Source: an uncultured Curvibacter sp. (GTDB lineage Bacteria > Pseudomonadota > Gammaproteobacteria > Burkholderiales > Burkholderiaceae_C). Taken from it: a stretch of DNA of 63,210 nucleotides. The first letter of the stretch is position 1, and the number at the start of each line of letters is the position of its first letter. The position numbers and the translations under genes are program-made. The stretch covers positions 1 to 63,210 of the forward strand of contig CAIUTG010000005.1 in the NCBI GenBank assembly GCA_903902035.1, given 5' to 3'. The notes beneath the pieces are model-generated. The model made no database searches and was not told the origin of the DNA. It worked only from the letters and a program-made list of their open reading frames with translations. Positions 32,365 to 42,517 of the stretch are shown piece after piece.

Positions 32365-33927
32365 ATGAAAAAACTTCTCTCCTCTTTCGTCCTGAGTGCG
32401 GGCCTGGCGCTGACGGCGCTGGGTGGCATTGCGGGCTCGGCCCAGCTGGCCATGGCCGCTGATGCACCGGCCGCGACCGCCCCAGCCGCTTCTGCACCGG
32501 CTGCAGCCAGTGCCGCTGCGCCCGCGGCAGCCACACCGGCTCCCGCAGCGGCAGCCGCGCCTGCCCCTGCGGCCGACGCCGCCCCCGCCGTCGTCCCCAA
32601 CAAGGGCGACACCGCCTGGATGATGGTCTCCACCCTCTTGGTCATCTTGATGACCATCCCCGGTCTGGCCCTGTTCTACGGCGGCCTGGTGCGCTCCAAG
32701 AACATGCTGTCGGTGCTCATGCAAGTCATGGTCACCTTCTCCTTGATCGTCGTGCTGTGGTTCATTTACGGCTACAGCCTGGCCTTCACCGAAGGCAATG
32801 ACTTCATTGGCGGCCTGGACCGCTTGTTCATGAAGGGGGTTTGGGACAATGTGGCAGGCACCTTTGCCAATGCGGCCACTTTCAGCAAGGGCGTGGCCAT
32901 TCCTGAAATCGTCTACGCCGCCTTCCAAGCAACCTTTGCCGGCATCACCTGCTGCCTGATCGTGGGCTCTTTTGCCGAGCGCATCAAGTTCTCGGCCATG
33001 CTGGCCTTCATGGTGCTGTGGTTCACCTTCAGCTACCTGCCGATTGCCCACATGGTGTGGTTCTGGATGGGTCCCGACGTTTACACCTCGGCCGATGTGG
33101 TGGATGCCATGAATGCCAAGGCTGGTTTGCTGTGGCAATGGGGCGCGCTGGACTTTGCTGGCGGTACCGTGGTGCACATCAACTCAGCCGTGGCCGGTTT
33201 GGTTGGCGCTGTCATGGTCGGCAAGCGCATTGGTTATGGCAAAGAATCGATGGCTCCGCACAGCCTGACCCTGACCATGGTGGGCTCGGCCTTGCTGTGG
33301 GTGGGTTGGTTTGGTTTCAATGCGGGCTCCGCTTTGGAAGCCAACGGCGTGGCCGGTTTGGCCTTCGTCAACACCTTCATTGCCACGGCCGCAGCGGTGC
33401 TGAGCTGGTCGGCCGGTGAAGCCTTGCACAAAGGCAAGGCCTCGATGCTGGGTGCGGCCTCGGGTGCGGTGGCCGGTCTGGTGGCCATCACCCCGGCTTG
33501 CGGCAACGTGGGCATTGGTGGCGCCTTGATCATTGGCCTGGTGGCGGGTTTGGTCTGCCTGTGGGGCGTGACCGGTCTGAAAAAGCTGTTGGGCGTGGAC
33601 GACACCTTGGACGTCTTTGGCGTGCACGGGGTGGGCGGCATCTTGGGTGCCTTGCTGACGGGCGTGTTCAACTCGCCCAATCTGGGTGGCCCGAGCTTCC
33701 CGGCGGATTGGTTCACGGTGGCCGCTGTGACGCCTGACGCCTACTCAATTGCCGCGCAAGTTTTGGTGCAAGCCAAGGCGATTGGTGTGACGATTGTGTG
33801 GTCAGCCGTGGTGGCTCTGGTGGCTTACAAGCTGGTGGACCTGACGATTGGCCTGCGCGTAACCGAAGAAGAAGAGCGCGAAGGTCTGGACATCAGCGCG
33901 CACGGCGAAACGGCGTACAACCGCTAA
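32365..33927 (+). CDS. amtB: Ammonium transporter
   Basis: DFAGGTVVHI, WFGFNAGS, DDTLDVFGVHG; signal peptide and Ala/Pro linker. Confidence 0.97.
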   Translation: MKKLLSSFVLSAGLALTALGGIAGSAQLAMAADAPAATAPAASAPAAASAAAPAAATPAPAAAAAPAPAADAAPAVVPNKGDTAWMMVSTLLVILMTIPGLALFYGGLVRSKNMLSVLMQVMVTFSLIVVLWFIYGYSLAFTEGNDFIGGLDRLFMKGVWDNVAGTFANAATFSKGVAIPEIVYAAFQATFAGITCCLIVGSFAERIKFSAMLAFMVLWFTFSYLPIAHMVWFWMGPDVYTSADVVDAMNAKAGLLWQWGALDFAGGTVVHINSAVAGLVGAVMVGKRIGYGKESMAPHSLTLTMVGSALLWVGWFGFNAGSALEANGVAGLAFVNTFIATAAAVLSWSAGEALHKGKASMLGAASGAVAGLVAITPACGNVGIGGALIIGLVAGLVCLWGVTGLKKLLGVDDTLDVFGVHGVGGILGALLTGVFNSPNLGGPSFPADWFTVAAVTPDAYSIAAQVLVQAKAIGVTIVWSAVVALVAYKLVDLTIGLRVTEEEEREGLDISAHGETAYNR

Positions 33928-33966
33928 GCCCTCGCCCCACTGTTTTTTTCATCTCCTTGGATATTG

Positions 33967-33990
33967 GGCCCGCTTTGGCGGGCCTTTTTT
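33967..33990 (+). terminator. Rho-independent terminator after amtB
   Basis: GGCCCGC-TTTG-GCGGGCC-TTTTTT. Confidence 0.85.
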
Positions 33991-34037
33991 TGTCCACAAT
34001 TCAGTTTTCACCACGACGCCATGAAAGCCTCTCACCT

Positions 34038-34994
34038 ATGTCCACAGACGTTTTGCACCTGAATTGGCAAGCGCTCAGCCCTCAGCGCCAGCAATTGGGC
34101 GAATCGCCGTTTTGGCACCCGCAGGAGCAACGCTTGTATTGGGTGGACATTCCCGCCCGGGAAATTCTTCGCTCAGGCCCCCAAGGCGAATCGCTGGAGC
34201 GTTGGGCGCTCCCTTCCGAGCCAGGCTGCATTGCCCCGGCGCGCGCAGGCGGTTTGGTCATGGCTTTGCGCGATGGCATCTACCGGGCGACCCATTGGGG
34301 CGGCGAGCTAAGGTGCCTGGCGCGCTTGCCGCACGATCCCCAAACCACGCGCAGCAACGATGGTCGCTGCGACCCCCTGGGGCGTTTTTGGGTCGGCACC
34401 ATGTATGAACCCAAAGACCAGCGATTGGGGGCCTTGTACAGTCTGGACGCCCGAGGCACCGAGCCCGTGTTGCGGCAACAGGCCGACAACAACGTCACCG
34501 CCAATGGATTGGCTTTTTCACCAGAAGGGGCCCCTGAAAAGCATACCGTGTATTGGGCCGACACCGGCAGCCACCGCGTCCACGCGTGGGACTGGAATGC
34601 CCAGAGCAATGTGCTGACCGATCCCCGGGTTTGGCTGCAGCTGCCCGATAAACCGGCGGGCTTTGACCCCGCCAATTTGGCCCAAGCCGACCTGTATGGT
34701 GGCCGACCCGATGGCGCGGCCGTGGATGTGGAGGGCCATTATTGGAGCGCTCAATACGAAGGCGGCCAATTGCTCAAAATTTCGCCGGCGGGCGAGGTGG
34801 TGGCCCGCGTGCCCGTGCCCGCCCGTTGCCCCACCATGCCTTGCTTTGGTGGGCCGGATGGTCGCACCCTGTTTTTGACCACTGCCGCCAAAGGGCGGCC
34901 TGAGGCTGAATGGACGCGCTGGCCCTTGGGGGGTTGTGTCTTGTCGGCACGGGTGGACGTGCCGGGCTTGCCGACGGCGTTTTTTGAGGGCTGA
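34038..34994 (+). CDS. SMP-30/gluconolactonase/LRE-family protein
   Basis: LGESPFW, NDGRCDPLGRFWVGTM, NGLAFSP, PDGAAVDVEG. Confidence 0.92.
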   Translation: MSTDVLHLNWQALSPQRQQLGESPFWHPQEQRLYWVDIPAREILRSGPQGESLERWALPSEPGCIAPARAGGLVMALRDGIYRATHWGGELRCLARLPHDPQTTRSNDGRCDPLGRFWVGTMYEPKDQRLGALYSLDARGTEPVLRQQADNNVTANGLAFSPEGAPEKHTVYWADTGSHRVHAWDWNAQSNVLTDPRVWLQLPDKPAGFDPANLAQADLYGGRPDGAAVDVEGHYWSAQYEGGQLLKISPAGEVVARVPVPARCPTMPCFGGPDGRTLFLTTAAKGRPEAEWTRWPLGGCVLSARVDVPGLPTAFFEG

Positions 34995-35061
34995 TCTCAG
35001 AACGACGCCGAGGCCCTGAGTGTCGTTCAACGCCGTTAAAGGATGCGTTTAGCGCCTTTGT

Positions 35062-36507
35062 TCATGGCTGTGTGTGTTGTGGCTTGGTGTTGACGGGTAA
35101 GCACAGCAGACCCGTTAGCAGTGCCAATGCACCATGCAAAAGGTACAAGGCATTGAAGTCCGCGCGTTGAAGGGTGTCATGCCCCAACAGCGCCACCGTG
35201 ATGGCCACGCCAAGCACCGAGCCAATTTGACGCGTGGCCTGGTTGACTGCGCTGCCAACCGCATAGTGTGCAACCGGCAGGCGGTTAACGGCTGCGGCAG
35301 ACAGCGACGGAAGTACCAGGCCCACCGCGATGCCGCTCATCATCAGACCCGGCAGCCAATGCAGTAAATAATTTGGCTCGATACCAGGCACCAGGAAGAA
35401 CCATAGGCTGCTACACGCATAGAGCAGCGAACCGCCCACCAGAAAACGTCGATGGCCCAAGCGCGATGCCAAACGGCCGGTGATGATGGCGGTGGGCATC
35501 ACCAGCAGTGGACCCGGTGTGACTGCCAATCCCGCCTGCGGCAGGGTGAAGTGCCAGACGGTCATCATGTAAAAGAAGAAGGTCAAAAACATCATTGAGA
35601 ATGCGATACCAAAAGACAGGGTGGCAAGATTGACATATCGGTAAGTGCGGTGACGAAACAAGGCCAGGTCGACCAATGGCGCAGGCGCGCGACGTGCCCA
35701 TGCAATGAACATCAATGCGGCTGCGATGCCTGTGGCGCCCATCACCCCAAGCTCTTTTTGGCTCCAGCCAGGGGCATTCAACTCGACGATAGAAAACGTG
35801 ATGGCGCCCACGGCCAAAATCAGCAGCGCCATACCCACCCCATCCACCCGTCTGCGCTCACCAGATTTCACCGATTCGTTCAGCAGGGAAGCACCACGCC
35901 ACAAGGCAAAGCCACCGATCGGCAAATTTATGTAAAAGGCCCAAGGCCAGCCGAAATGGTCGATCACGAAGCTACCCGCGCTGGGACCCACGGCAGCGGC
36001 GAGTCCGCCCACAGCGCCCCACAAACTAACCACCACGGCACGCTGGTTTTGTCCAAAGGCGGCCAGCACGATCGACAAGGAAGCGGGCGTCAACAGTGAC
36101 GCGCCGACCGCTTGCAGCACCCGGGCGCTGACCAACCAGGCCACGCTATTGGCCAGACCACAAGCGGCTGATGCGGCCAGAAACAACGCGACGCCAATCA
36201 GAAAGACGCGTTTGCGCCCATGTGTGTCCGCCAGACCCCCGGCGGGAATGAGCATCGTTGCATAGACCACGGTGTAAGCGTTGAGAACCCATGAGAGGTC
36301 GGCGGCCGTGGCGGTTGGAAATGCGTGCCGCAACGGATCAAACGCGGCGAAGAGCATGGTTGTGTCGAGCGATACCAAAAAGGTGGCGATGCTGGCGACC
36401 CAAAACACAGGCCAAGGTGAGGTTTTATCAGTTGATGTCTTTGTTAAAGCAGGTTCTGCCGCTGAGTTGAGGTTGGGCTCAAGGGCGGTGTTTTTTGTGG
36501 GGCTCAT
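35062..36507 (-). CDS. MFS efflux transporter, DHA2 (14-TMS) type
   Basis: FLVSLDTT, WVLNAYTVVYA, GGLADTHGRKRVF, WAFYINLPIG. Confidence 0.9.
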   Translation of the reverse strand: MSPTKNTALEPNLNSAAEPALTKTSTDKTSPWPVFWVASIATFLVSLDTTMLFAAFDPLRHAFPTATAADLSWVLNAYTVVYATMLIPAGGLADTHGRKRVFLIGVALFLAASAACGLANSVAWLVSARVLQAVGASLLTPASLSIVLAAFGQNQRAVVVSLWGAVGGLAAAVGPSAGSFVIDHFGWPWAFYINLPIGGFALWRGASLLNESVKSGERRRVDGVGMALLILAVGAITFSIVELNAPGWSQKELGVMGATGIAAALMFIAWARRAPAPLVDLALFRHRTYRYVNLATLSFGIAFSMMFLTFFFYMMTVWHFTLPQAGLAVTPGPLLVMPTAIITGRLASRLGHRRFLVGGSLLYACSSLWFFLVPGIEPNYLLHWLPGLMMSGIAVGLVLPSLSAAAVNRLPVAHYAVGSAVNQATRQIGSVLGVAITVALLGHDTLQRADFNALYLLHGALALLTGLLCLPVNTKPQHTQP

Positions 36508-36511
36508 ATTT

Positions 36512-36530
36512 ATATGACGATCGTAATATT
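36512..36530. promoter_or_regulatory. Putative TetR operator before the MFS gene
   Basis: Quasi-palindrome ATATGACGATCGTAATATT; 17/19 identical to the reverse complement of the site at 37162-37180. Confidence 0.75.
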
Positions 36531-36565
36531 CTGAGTGAAAAATGCTCAGTGGGCTTGAATGAAAA

Positions 36566-37153
36566 TCAAAAATCGGAGGTGGGTTGATACTTTTGGATCA
36601 GTGCTTGGCGGGTTTGAGCAAGCAAAGCACGGCCAGCAATACCGCCAAGCGTGCGCGCCAGTTGCAAAGCGCCGACCATGGTGGCGGTAACGACTTCGGC
36701 TTGTTCTGGCTCGACGCCATGAGGGAGTGCCGACCGCACAAATTCGACCAAGTCAGTGACGCGGCGACGCGCCTCTTGCCCGACGGCATCATCTTGCCGA
36801 GGCATCTCCGAAGCCAAGGCCGCCACGACACAACCTGTCTCTGTTTGCACCAGCTGCGTGTCATGGAGATAGGTCAAAACCAGGGCAGAAAAACGGGAGC
36901 GCCCTTTGGCCATTCGTCTTGCCATGGCTTGTGAAAGTGCGGCGCGGTTGTCGCGACTGGCCGCCTGCATGGCTTCGACCAACAGCGCATCACGAGAATC
37001 AAAGTGCGCATAGAAGCCGCCGTGCGTCAGCCCAGCTTCCTTCATGATGTCTGCAACGCCGATGCCACGATAGCCAGCGCGACGAATCGCACGGGCGGCT
37101 ACGTCAACGATTCGCTCGTGGCTTTGTTCTTTACGGGTTGCGTGGGTGGTCAT
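36566..37153 (-). CDS. TetR/AcrR-family transcriptional regulator
   Basis: GIGVADIMKEAGLTHGGFYAHF helix-turn-helix. Confidence 0.93.
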   Translation of the reverse strand: MTTHATRKEQSHERIVDVAARAIRRAGYRGIGVADIMKEAGLTHGGFYAHFDSRDALLVEAMQAASRDNRAALSQAMARRMAKGRSRFSALVLTYLHDTQLVQTETGCVVAALASEMPRQDDAVGQEARRRVTDLVEFVRSALPHGVEPEQAEVVTATMVGALQLARTLGGIAGRALLAQTRQALIQKYQPTSDF

Positions 37154-37161
37154 CTTGCGGC

Positions 37162-37190
37162 AATATTACGACCATCATATTATTTGTCAA
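37162..37190 (-). promoter_or_regulatory. Sigma70 promoter and overlapping operator of the tetR gene
   Basis: Minus strand TTGACA-16 nt-TAATAT; operator AATATTACGACCATCATAT covers the spacer and -10. Confidence 0.7.
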
Positions 37191-37256
37191 GCACCATCCG
37201 TTTGATGACGGATTGCTAAAGGGGGAATCACGGTTTTCAGTGAAAAATGGGTTTGA

Positions 37257-38027
37257 TCAACCCACCAGATACCTCGCCCGCAAGGCCAGCAGCGCCGCTG
37301 GGCTCAGGCCCATCTGGTGCGCCAAATACGACGCCAAACCGCCATGATCGGCCTCAATCACCTCCAGCGCGGCTTGTAAAAAAGCCGGCTGAACTTGCCA
37401 GACCACGGCCATGACTTCGCTTGGCAAGCTTCGGCTGGGTGCGGGCGGGGCGTTCCTTTCGACGCGCTTGTAGTATTGGTTGGTCAGCAGGTAATCGGTT
37501 TGGATGCTTGCCATTGAAACCCCGAGCGCGTGCAAAATGAGAACGGCCGCCAAACCCGTGCGGTCTTTGCCGGCGGTGCAGTGGAACACCAGCGGCGAGT
37601 CGTCGTTCAGCAGGTGTTCAAACAACTCGGCAAAGCGGGGCGAGTTTTGGCGCACGAAATCGCGGTAAGTGTCCTGCATGGCCAGCACCGCATCGTCGGC
37701 CGACAGCGGCCCGCTGTCCAGCTGTTGGGCCTGCAGCCGCTGCACCACCGTGGGCTCAATCGGCAAGGGGTGGCGCTCGATTTGGGGCCAGTCATAGGCC
37801 TCCAAGGCGCTTTCTTGCCGCCCCCTGAAATCAAAAGAGCGCCTCACCCCGAGCGCACTCAGGTGCTCCAAATCGGGTGGGGTCAGGCCTCCCAGGTGTT
37901 CGGACCGGAACAACTTGCCCCAGACCACCGGGCGCCCCTGGTGGCCGATGTAGCCGCCCAAATCCCGAAAATTGGTGGCCCCTTGAAGCGTTAAAACCCG
38001 AGAAGAATCCAGTTGCAGTGTGCTCAT
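37257..38027 (-). CDS. Tyrosine/dual-specificity phosphatase (Y_phosphatase3 type)
   Basis: NFRDLGGY, HCTAGKDRTG, DYLLTN. Confidence 0.92.
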   Translation of the reverse strand: MSTLQLDSSRVLTLQGATNFRDLGGYIGHQGRPVVWGKLFRSEHLGGLTPPDLEHLSALGVRRSFDFRGRQESALEAYDWPQIERHPLPIEPTVVQRLQAQQLDSGPLSADDAVLAMQDTYRDFVRQNSPRFAELFEHLLNDDSPLVFHCTAGKDRTGLAAVLILHALGVSMASIQTDYLLTNQYYKRVERNAPPAPSRSLPSEVMAVVWQVQPAFLQAALEVIEADHGGLASYLAHQMGLSPAALLALRARYLVG

Positions 38028-38112
38028 GGGGGCATTATCCGGCGCGACTGTGGCAGGGGCGTGGCACCAAAATTACAATAGCGGCAAATTCATCCAAGGA
38101 CACAGGCGTTTT

Positions 38113-39207
38113 ATGCCGTCACAGATCAAAGACTACGCCGACCGCATCCTCGCTGCTGCCGCAGACAAAACGCCCTTGCGTTGGCGCGGTGGGGGCACCA
38201 AGGATTTCTACGGTCAAGCGCTGGTGGGCGACATCGTCGATACGCGGCCCTTGGCGGGCATCCGCGCCTACGAGCCCTCGGAGCTGGTGGTCACGGTGGG
38301 GGCTGGCACCCCGTTGGCCGAGTTGGAAGCGGTGTTGGCTGAACAGGGCCAATGCCTGCCCTTCGAGCCACCGCATTTTGCGCACCTGGCGCACCCCTCG
38401 TCGGGGGCCACCGTGGGCGGCATGGTGGCCGCTGGCTTGGCGGGCCCGTCCCGTGCGGCGGTGGGCAGTGTGCGGGATTTTGTGCTCGGTTTGGAGCTGC
38501 TCAATGGGCGCGGCGAACACCTGGTGTTTGGCGGGCAGGTCATGAAAAATGTGGCGGGCTATGACGTCTCGCGCATGTTGGCTGGGTCCATGGGCACCTT
38601 GGGCTTGATCACCTCGGTCTCGCTCAAGGTCTTGCCGGTGGCCCCGGCGCAAGCCAGCTTGCGCTTCGAGTTGGACAGCGCCACGGCCCTGCAGCGACTC
38701 AATGCTTGGGCGGGTCAGCCCTTGCCCCTCAACGCTTCGTGTTGCTTGGATGGGGTGTTGACCGTGCGTTTGCGCGGGGCCAAGGCCGCCGTGCAAGCCG
38801 CCATCGACCGAATGGGGGGGGAGTTGCTGCCTGAAGTCGAGGCGAACGCCTTGTGGGGGGCTTTGCGCGAACAAACCCATCCGTTCTTTGCCTTGACCGG
38901 CGAAGACAGCCTGTGGCGGGTGTGTGTGCCCGACACCACGCCACCATTGGGCACAGGTCAGCGTTGCCTGATTGAATGGGGCGGGGCTCAGCGCTGGTAC
39001 AAGCTCACCCCGCAAGATGCCCCCGACACCGCCGCCCCATTGCGGGAGCGCGCCCAGCAATGGGGCGGGCATGCGACCCGGTTTCGTGGTCACTCGGCAT
39101 TGCCGGTGTTCACCCCGGCGTCTGAGGTGCTGCTACGCATTCAGCGTGACTTACAAAAACAATTTGACCCGGCGGGCATTTTTTGTCGCCAACGGTTGGA
39201 GGCCTGA
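38113..39207 (+). CDS. glcE: Glycolate oxidase FAD-binding subunit
   Basis: YEPSELVVTV, LPFEPPHF, FGGQVMKNVAGYDVSR, FDPAGIF. Confidence 0.93.
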   Translation: MPSQIKDYADRILAAAADKTPLRWRGGGTKDFYGQALVGDIVDTRPLAGIRAYEPSELVVTVGAGTPLAELEAVLAEQGQCLPFEPPHFAHLAHPSSGATVGGMVAAGLAGPSRAAVGSVRDFVLGLELLNGRGEHLVFGGQVMKNVAGYDVSRMLAGSMGTLGLITSVSLKVLPVAPAQASLRFELDSATALQRLNAWAGQPLPLNASCCLDGVLTVRLRGAKAAVQAAIDRMGGELLPEVEANALWGALREQTHPFFALTGEDSLWRVCVPDTTPPLGTGQRCLIEWGGAQRWYKLTPQDAPDTAAPLRERAQQWGGHATRFRGHSALPVFTPASEVLLRIQRDLQKQFDPAGIFCRQRLEA

Positions 39208-40460
39208 TGCAAACCGAACTGGCACCCGAATACCAAAACAGTGTGGCTGGCCGTGAGGCCGAGGCCATTTTGCGCCGCTGCGTGCATTGCGGGTTTTGCA
39301 CCGCCACCTGCCCGACCTACCAATTGCTGGGGGATGAGCTGGATGGGCCGCGCGGCCGCATTTACCTGATCAAACAGGTATTGGAAGGCGCCGAGCCCAC
39401 CCGCAAAACCCAACAGCATTTGGACCGCTGCCTCACCTGTCGCAATTGTGAAAGCACCTGCCCGAGTGGGGTCGAGTATGGCCACTTGGTCGACATTGGT
39501 CGCCAGTTGGTCGAAGAAAAGGTGGAACGCCCCTTGGCCGAGCGGGCCCAGCGCTGGCTCTTAAAAGAAGGCTTGAACTCCCCCTTGTTTGCGCCTGCCA
39601 TGAAGTTGGGCCAAACCGTGCGCGGGCTCTTGCCGCAAAGCCTGAAAGCCAAAGTGCCTTTGCCGCAAAACCCCGGGCTTTGGCCGACGCGCCAGCATGC
39701 GCGCAAGGTGCTGATGCTGGCGGGTTGTGTGCAACCCTCGATGTCCCCCAACATCAACAGCGCCACCGCCAGGGTTTTGGACGCGGCGGGCATTCAGACC
39801 CTTGTCGCCCCTGCGGCGGGCTGCTGTGGCGGGGTCAAGTTCCATTTGAACGACCAAGACGGCGCCTTGGTGCAAATGCGCGCCAACATCGACGCTTGGT
39901 GGCCCTATGTTTCGGGCGACATGTCGGGCGCAAATGGCCAGGCGGTGGAAGCCGTGGTGATGAACGCTTCGGGCTGTGGTGTCACGGTCAAGGAGTATGG
40001 GCATTTGCTGCAGCACGACCCCGACTATGCCGAAAAAGCCGCACGAATCAGCGCCCTGACCCGCGACTTGAGCGAGTTGCTGCCGGATTTGGTGCCCCGT
40101 CTCCTGCCCCAAATGCGGACCGTGCCGACCGGCCAAATCGCCTTTCACCCGCCCTGCACCTTGCAGCACGGTCAGCAATTGCGCGGCGGTGTGGAAGCCC
40201 ACCTCAGCACCTTGGGTTTCAATGTGCGCGTGGCCAGCTGCGAGGCCCATTTGTGCTGCGGCTCGGCAGGCACTTACTCCGTGCTCAACCCCGACATCGC
40301 CTATGCCCTGCGCGACCGCAAACTCGGCCATCTGGCCGAATTGGCGCCCGAGGCCATCGTCAGTGCCAACATCGGGTGCATCACCCATTTGCAAAGCGGC
40401 ACCAACACCCCGGTTCAGCACTGGGTGGAGTTGTTGGATGCGGCGCTGCACACACTTTAA
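39207..40460 (+). CDS. glcF: Glycolate oxidase iron-sulfur subunit
   Basis: CVHCGFCTATCP, CLTCRNCESTCP, CCG domains. Confidence 0.95.
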   Translation: MQTELAPEYQNSVAGREAEAILRRCVHCGFCTATCPTYQLLGDELDGPRGRIYLIKQVLEGAEPTRKTQQHLDRCLTCRNCESTCPSGVEYGHLVDIGRQLVEEKVERPLAERAQRWLLKEGLNSPLFAPAMKLGQTVRGLLPQSLKAKVPLPQNPGLWPTRQHARKVLMLAGCVQPSMSPNINSATARVLDAAGIQTLVAPAAGCCGGVKFHLNDQDGALVQMRANIDAWWPYVSGDMSGANGQAVEAVVMNASGCGVTVKEYGHLLQHDPDYAEKAARISALTRDLSELLPDLVPRLLPQMRTVPTGQIAFHPPCTLQHGQQLRGGVEAHLSTLGFNVRVASCEAHLCCGSAGTYSVLNPDIAYALRDRKLGHLAELAPEAIVSANIGCITHLQSGTNTPVQHWVELLDAALHTL

Positions 40461-40474
40461 TTTTCTTGGCAACC

Positions 40475-41086
40475 ATGACCCATCCTGTTGAAACGGCAAC
40501 CGCCAACCCACGCACCGAAGTGCTGGAAAAATTGGCACAACACTACCCGGCTCTTTTTGGGGCCGAGTTTTTGCCCATGAAGCGCGGCATTTATCAAGAC
40601 CTGCTGGCGGCTCACCCCGAGGAATTCGAGCCCGAGACCCTGAAACAGGCGCTGGCCTTTCACGCCCGCTCGACGCGGTACCTGAGCGCTGTTTCGGCGG
40701 GCTTGGCGCGGCATGATCTGCAGGGCCAGGCGGTCGAGGCGATGGCCCCGGAGCATGTCCACCACGCCTTGATGGAGGTGTTCAAGCGACGCCAGCCACG
40801 CAGTCGGGAAGACTTGCGCCCCAAGTTGCGGCGGCGCTTGATCCAGGCCATGCTGGCATCGGGTTTGACGCCCCAGGCCTATGAAGAATTGGTGCGTTCG
40901 CGGGATGAAGCGGCCAATGCCTTGCTGGACGAGGCCTTGGCCGCGTGGCGCGAAGAGCAAGCCCGCGATCAAGCCCTGGCGCAGGCCTTTCAGGCCAGTG
41001 GCTTGACTTTGGCCGAGTTTGCCGACACCTATGGGCTCAAACCGGGCGAGGTCAAGGCCCGTTTGGCCCGGGTACTGCCGACTTAA
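40475..41086 (+). CDS. ProQ/FinO-family RNA-binding protein
   Basis: YPALF...PMKRGIYQDL...ALAFHARSTRYL...RHDLQG; start ATG 40475. Confidence 0.85.
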   Translation: MTHPVETATANPRTEVLEKLAQHYPALFGAEFLPMKRGIYQDLLAAHPEEFEPETLKQALAFHARSTRYLSAVSAGLARHDLQGQAVEAMAPEHVHHALMEVFKRRQPRSREDLRPKLRRRLIQAMLASGLTPQAYEELVRSRDEAANALLDEALAAWREEQARDQALAQAFQASGLTLAEFADTYGLKPGEVKARLARVLPT

Positions 41087-41107
41087 GTCACAGAGGCCAT
41101 GCGGCCT

Positions 41108-42436
41108 TCAGGGCATGGCGTCGTCGTCGGTTTCCAGCAGCAAGGCCTCGATCACATCGCCGTCTTTTTCCAGGTTGCGTTGATACCATTTCCAAATCAG
41201 CCACATGGTGCCTGCCACCATGAAGCCGAAACCCGCGATCGCGCCAAAGGCGGACAAGCCCCATTCGGTGGCCTGGCTGTAGGCCAGGCCCAAAGCCAGA
41301 ATGCACAACTGCTCGTTGAAATTCTGGACGGCAATCGAGCGGCCAGCCCCCATCAAGGCATGGCCCCGGTGTTGCAACAAGGCATTCATGGGCACCACCA
41401 TGAACCCGCCCAGGCCCCCCAGCAAAACCAAAAAGGGCACAGCCAGCTTCACGCTGCTGATGGTGTTCATGAAAATCACCAACACGCCCATGGCAATGCC
41501 CAGCGGGATGACCCGGGTCGCTTGCCGCAAATTCACTTTGATCGAGGCCACCACCGCTCCCACCGCGGTGCCAATCGCCACCACGCCGACCAAAGCCGAG
41601 GCTTGGCTGATCGAGTAGCCCAGGGCGGCGGCGCTCCATGCCAGCACGATGTAGCGCAGGTTGCCCGAAACGCCCCAAAACAAAGAAGTCGTTGCCAGTG
41701 AAATCTGGCCCAGGCGGTCGCGCCACAAAATTTGGTTGCAGTGTTTGAAGTCCAGCACCAAAAGCCAAATGCTGCGCAGATAACCCGCACGCTGGCCCGC
41801 CTGTTTGCCGCTGTGCTCCAGCACGCGCCAGGGGCGCAGGCATTCCCCCGTGCGCGGGATGCGGGTGTTGAAGCCTGCGGCCAGGGCGTAGACAAAAACC
41901 AGCACCGCAATGGCGGCCTTGGGGGCGGTGTTGATGCCCAACATCACCCAGGGCCAGTCGGCTTGGAGCAACCAACTGGACACCGTGTGGCTGACCAACT
42001 GACCCCCCAACAAGACGCCCAGGATGATGGAGGAAATGGTCAAGCCCTCAATCCAGCCATTGGCGCGAACGAGTTGCGAGGTGGGCAACAACTCGGTCAG
42101 GATGCCGTATTTGGCGGGCGAGTAAGCCGCCGCACCCAGACCGATCACGGCATAGGCCAGCAGCGGATGCAGGTGGGTGAGCATCAACAAACAACCCAGC
42201 ACTTTGATGGCGTTGCTGATGAACATGACTTGCCCTTTGGGCCTGGCATCGGCGAAAGCCCCCACAAAAGGCGCTAAAACCACGTAAAAGAGGGCAAACA
42301 TGGGCACCAGTGCGGCGGGTTGCCAAGCGGCTGCGCCCTGACTTTTGAGCAATTGCACCGCGACGACGAACACCGCGTTGTCCGCCAGCGAGCTAAAAAA
42401 CTGCGCCAGCATGATGGTGTAAAAACCGCGCTTCAT
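41108..42436 (-). CDS. lplT: Lysophospholipid transporter
   Basis: AQFFSSLADNA, YSPAKYGILTELLP, VVPMNALLQHRG, SIAVQNFNE. Confidence 0.92.
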   Translation of the reverse strand: MKRGFYTIMLAQFFSSLADNAVFVVAVQLLKSQGAAAWQPAALVPMFALFYVVLAPFVGAFADARPKGQVMFISNAIKVLGCLLMLTHLHPLLAYAVIGLGAAAYSPAKYGILTELLPTSQLVRANGWIEGLTISSIILGVLLGGQLVSHTVSSWLLQADWPWVMLGINTAPKAAIAVLVFVYALAAGFNTRIPRTGECLRPWRVLEHSGKQAGQRAGYLRSIWLLVLDFKHCNQILWRDRLGQISLATTSLFWGVSGNLRYIVLAWSAAALGYSISQASALVGVVAIGTAVGAVVASIKVNLRQATRVIPLGIAMGVLVIFMNTISSVKLAVPFLVLLGGLGGFMVVPMNALLQHRGHALMGAGRSIAVQNFNEQLCILALGLAYSQATEWGLSAFGAIAGFGFMVAGTMWLIWKWYQRNLEKDGDVIEALLLETDDDAMP

Positions 42437-42517
42437 GGGGGATGGGGAGGCTGTGCTGGCGTCAGATCGTTGTCGGGGGCTCGGTTATATCACGCTCGGG
42501 TCTGGTAGAGTTTTGCC

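Noticed and set aside
32455-32590. Repetitive GC-rich stretch in amtB
   Set aside because: Encodes a low-complexity Ala/Pro linker; not a CRISPR array or mobile repeat
33990-34046. DnaA-box-like TGTCCACA sequences after amtB
   Set aside because: Isolated and mismatched, with no AT-rich unwinding element; expected by chance
35000-35028. Hairpin GAACGACGC...GTGTCGTTC between converging genes, as a REP or IS end
   Set aside because: Single copy, no transposase or target duplication; at most a weak terminator
39680-40474. Apparent 265-aa N-terminal extension of the ProQ/FinO ORF
   Set aside because: It overlaps glcF in another frame; ATG 40475 gives a normal-looking protein
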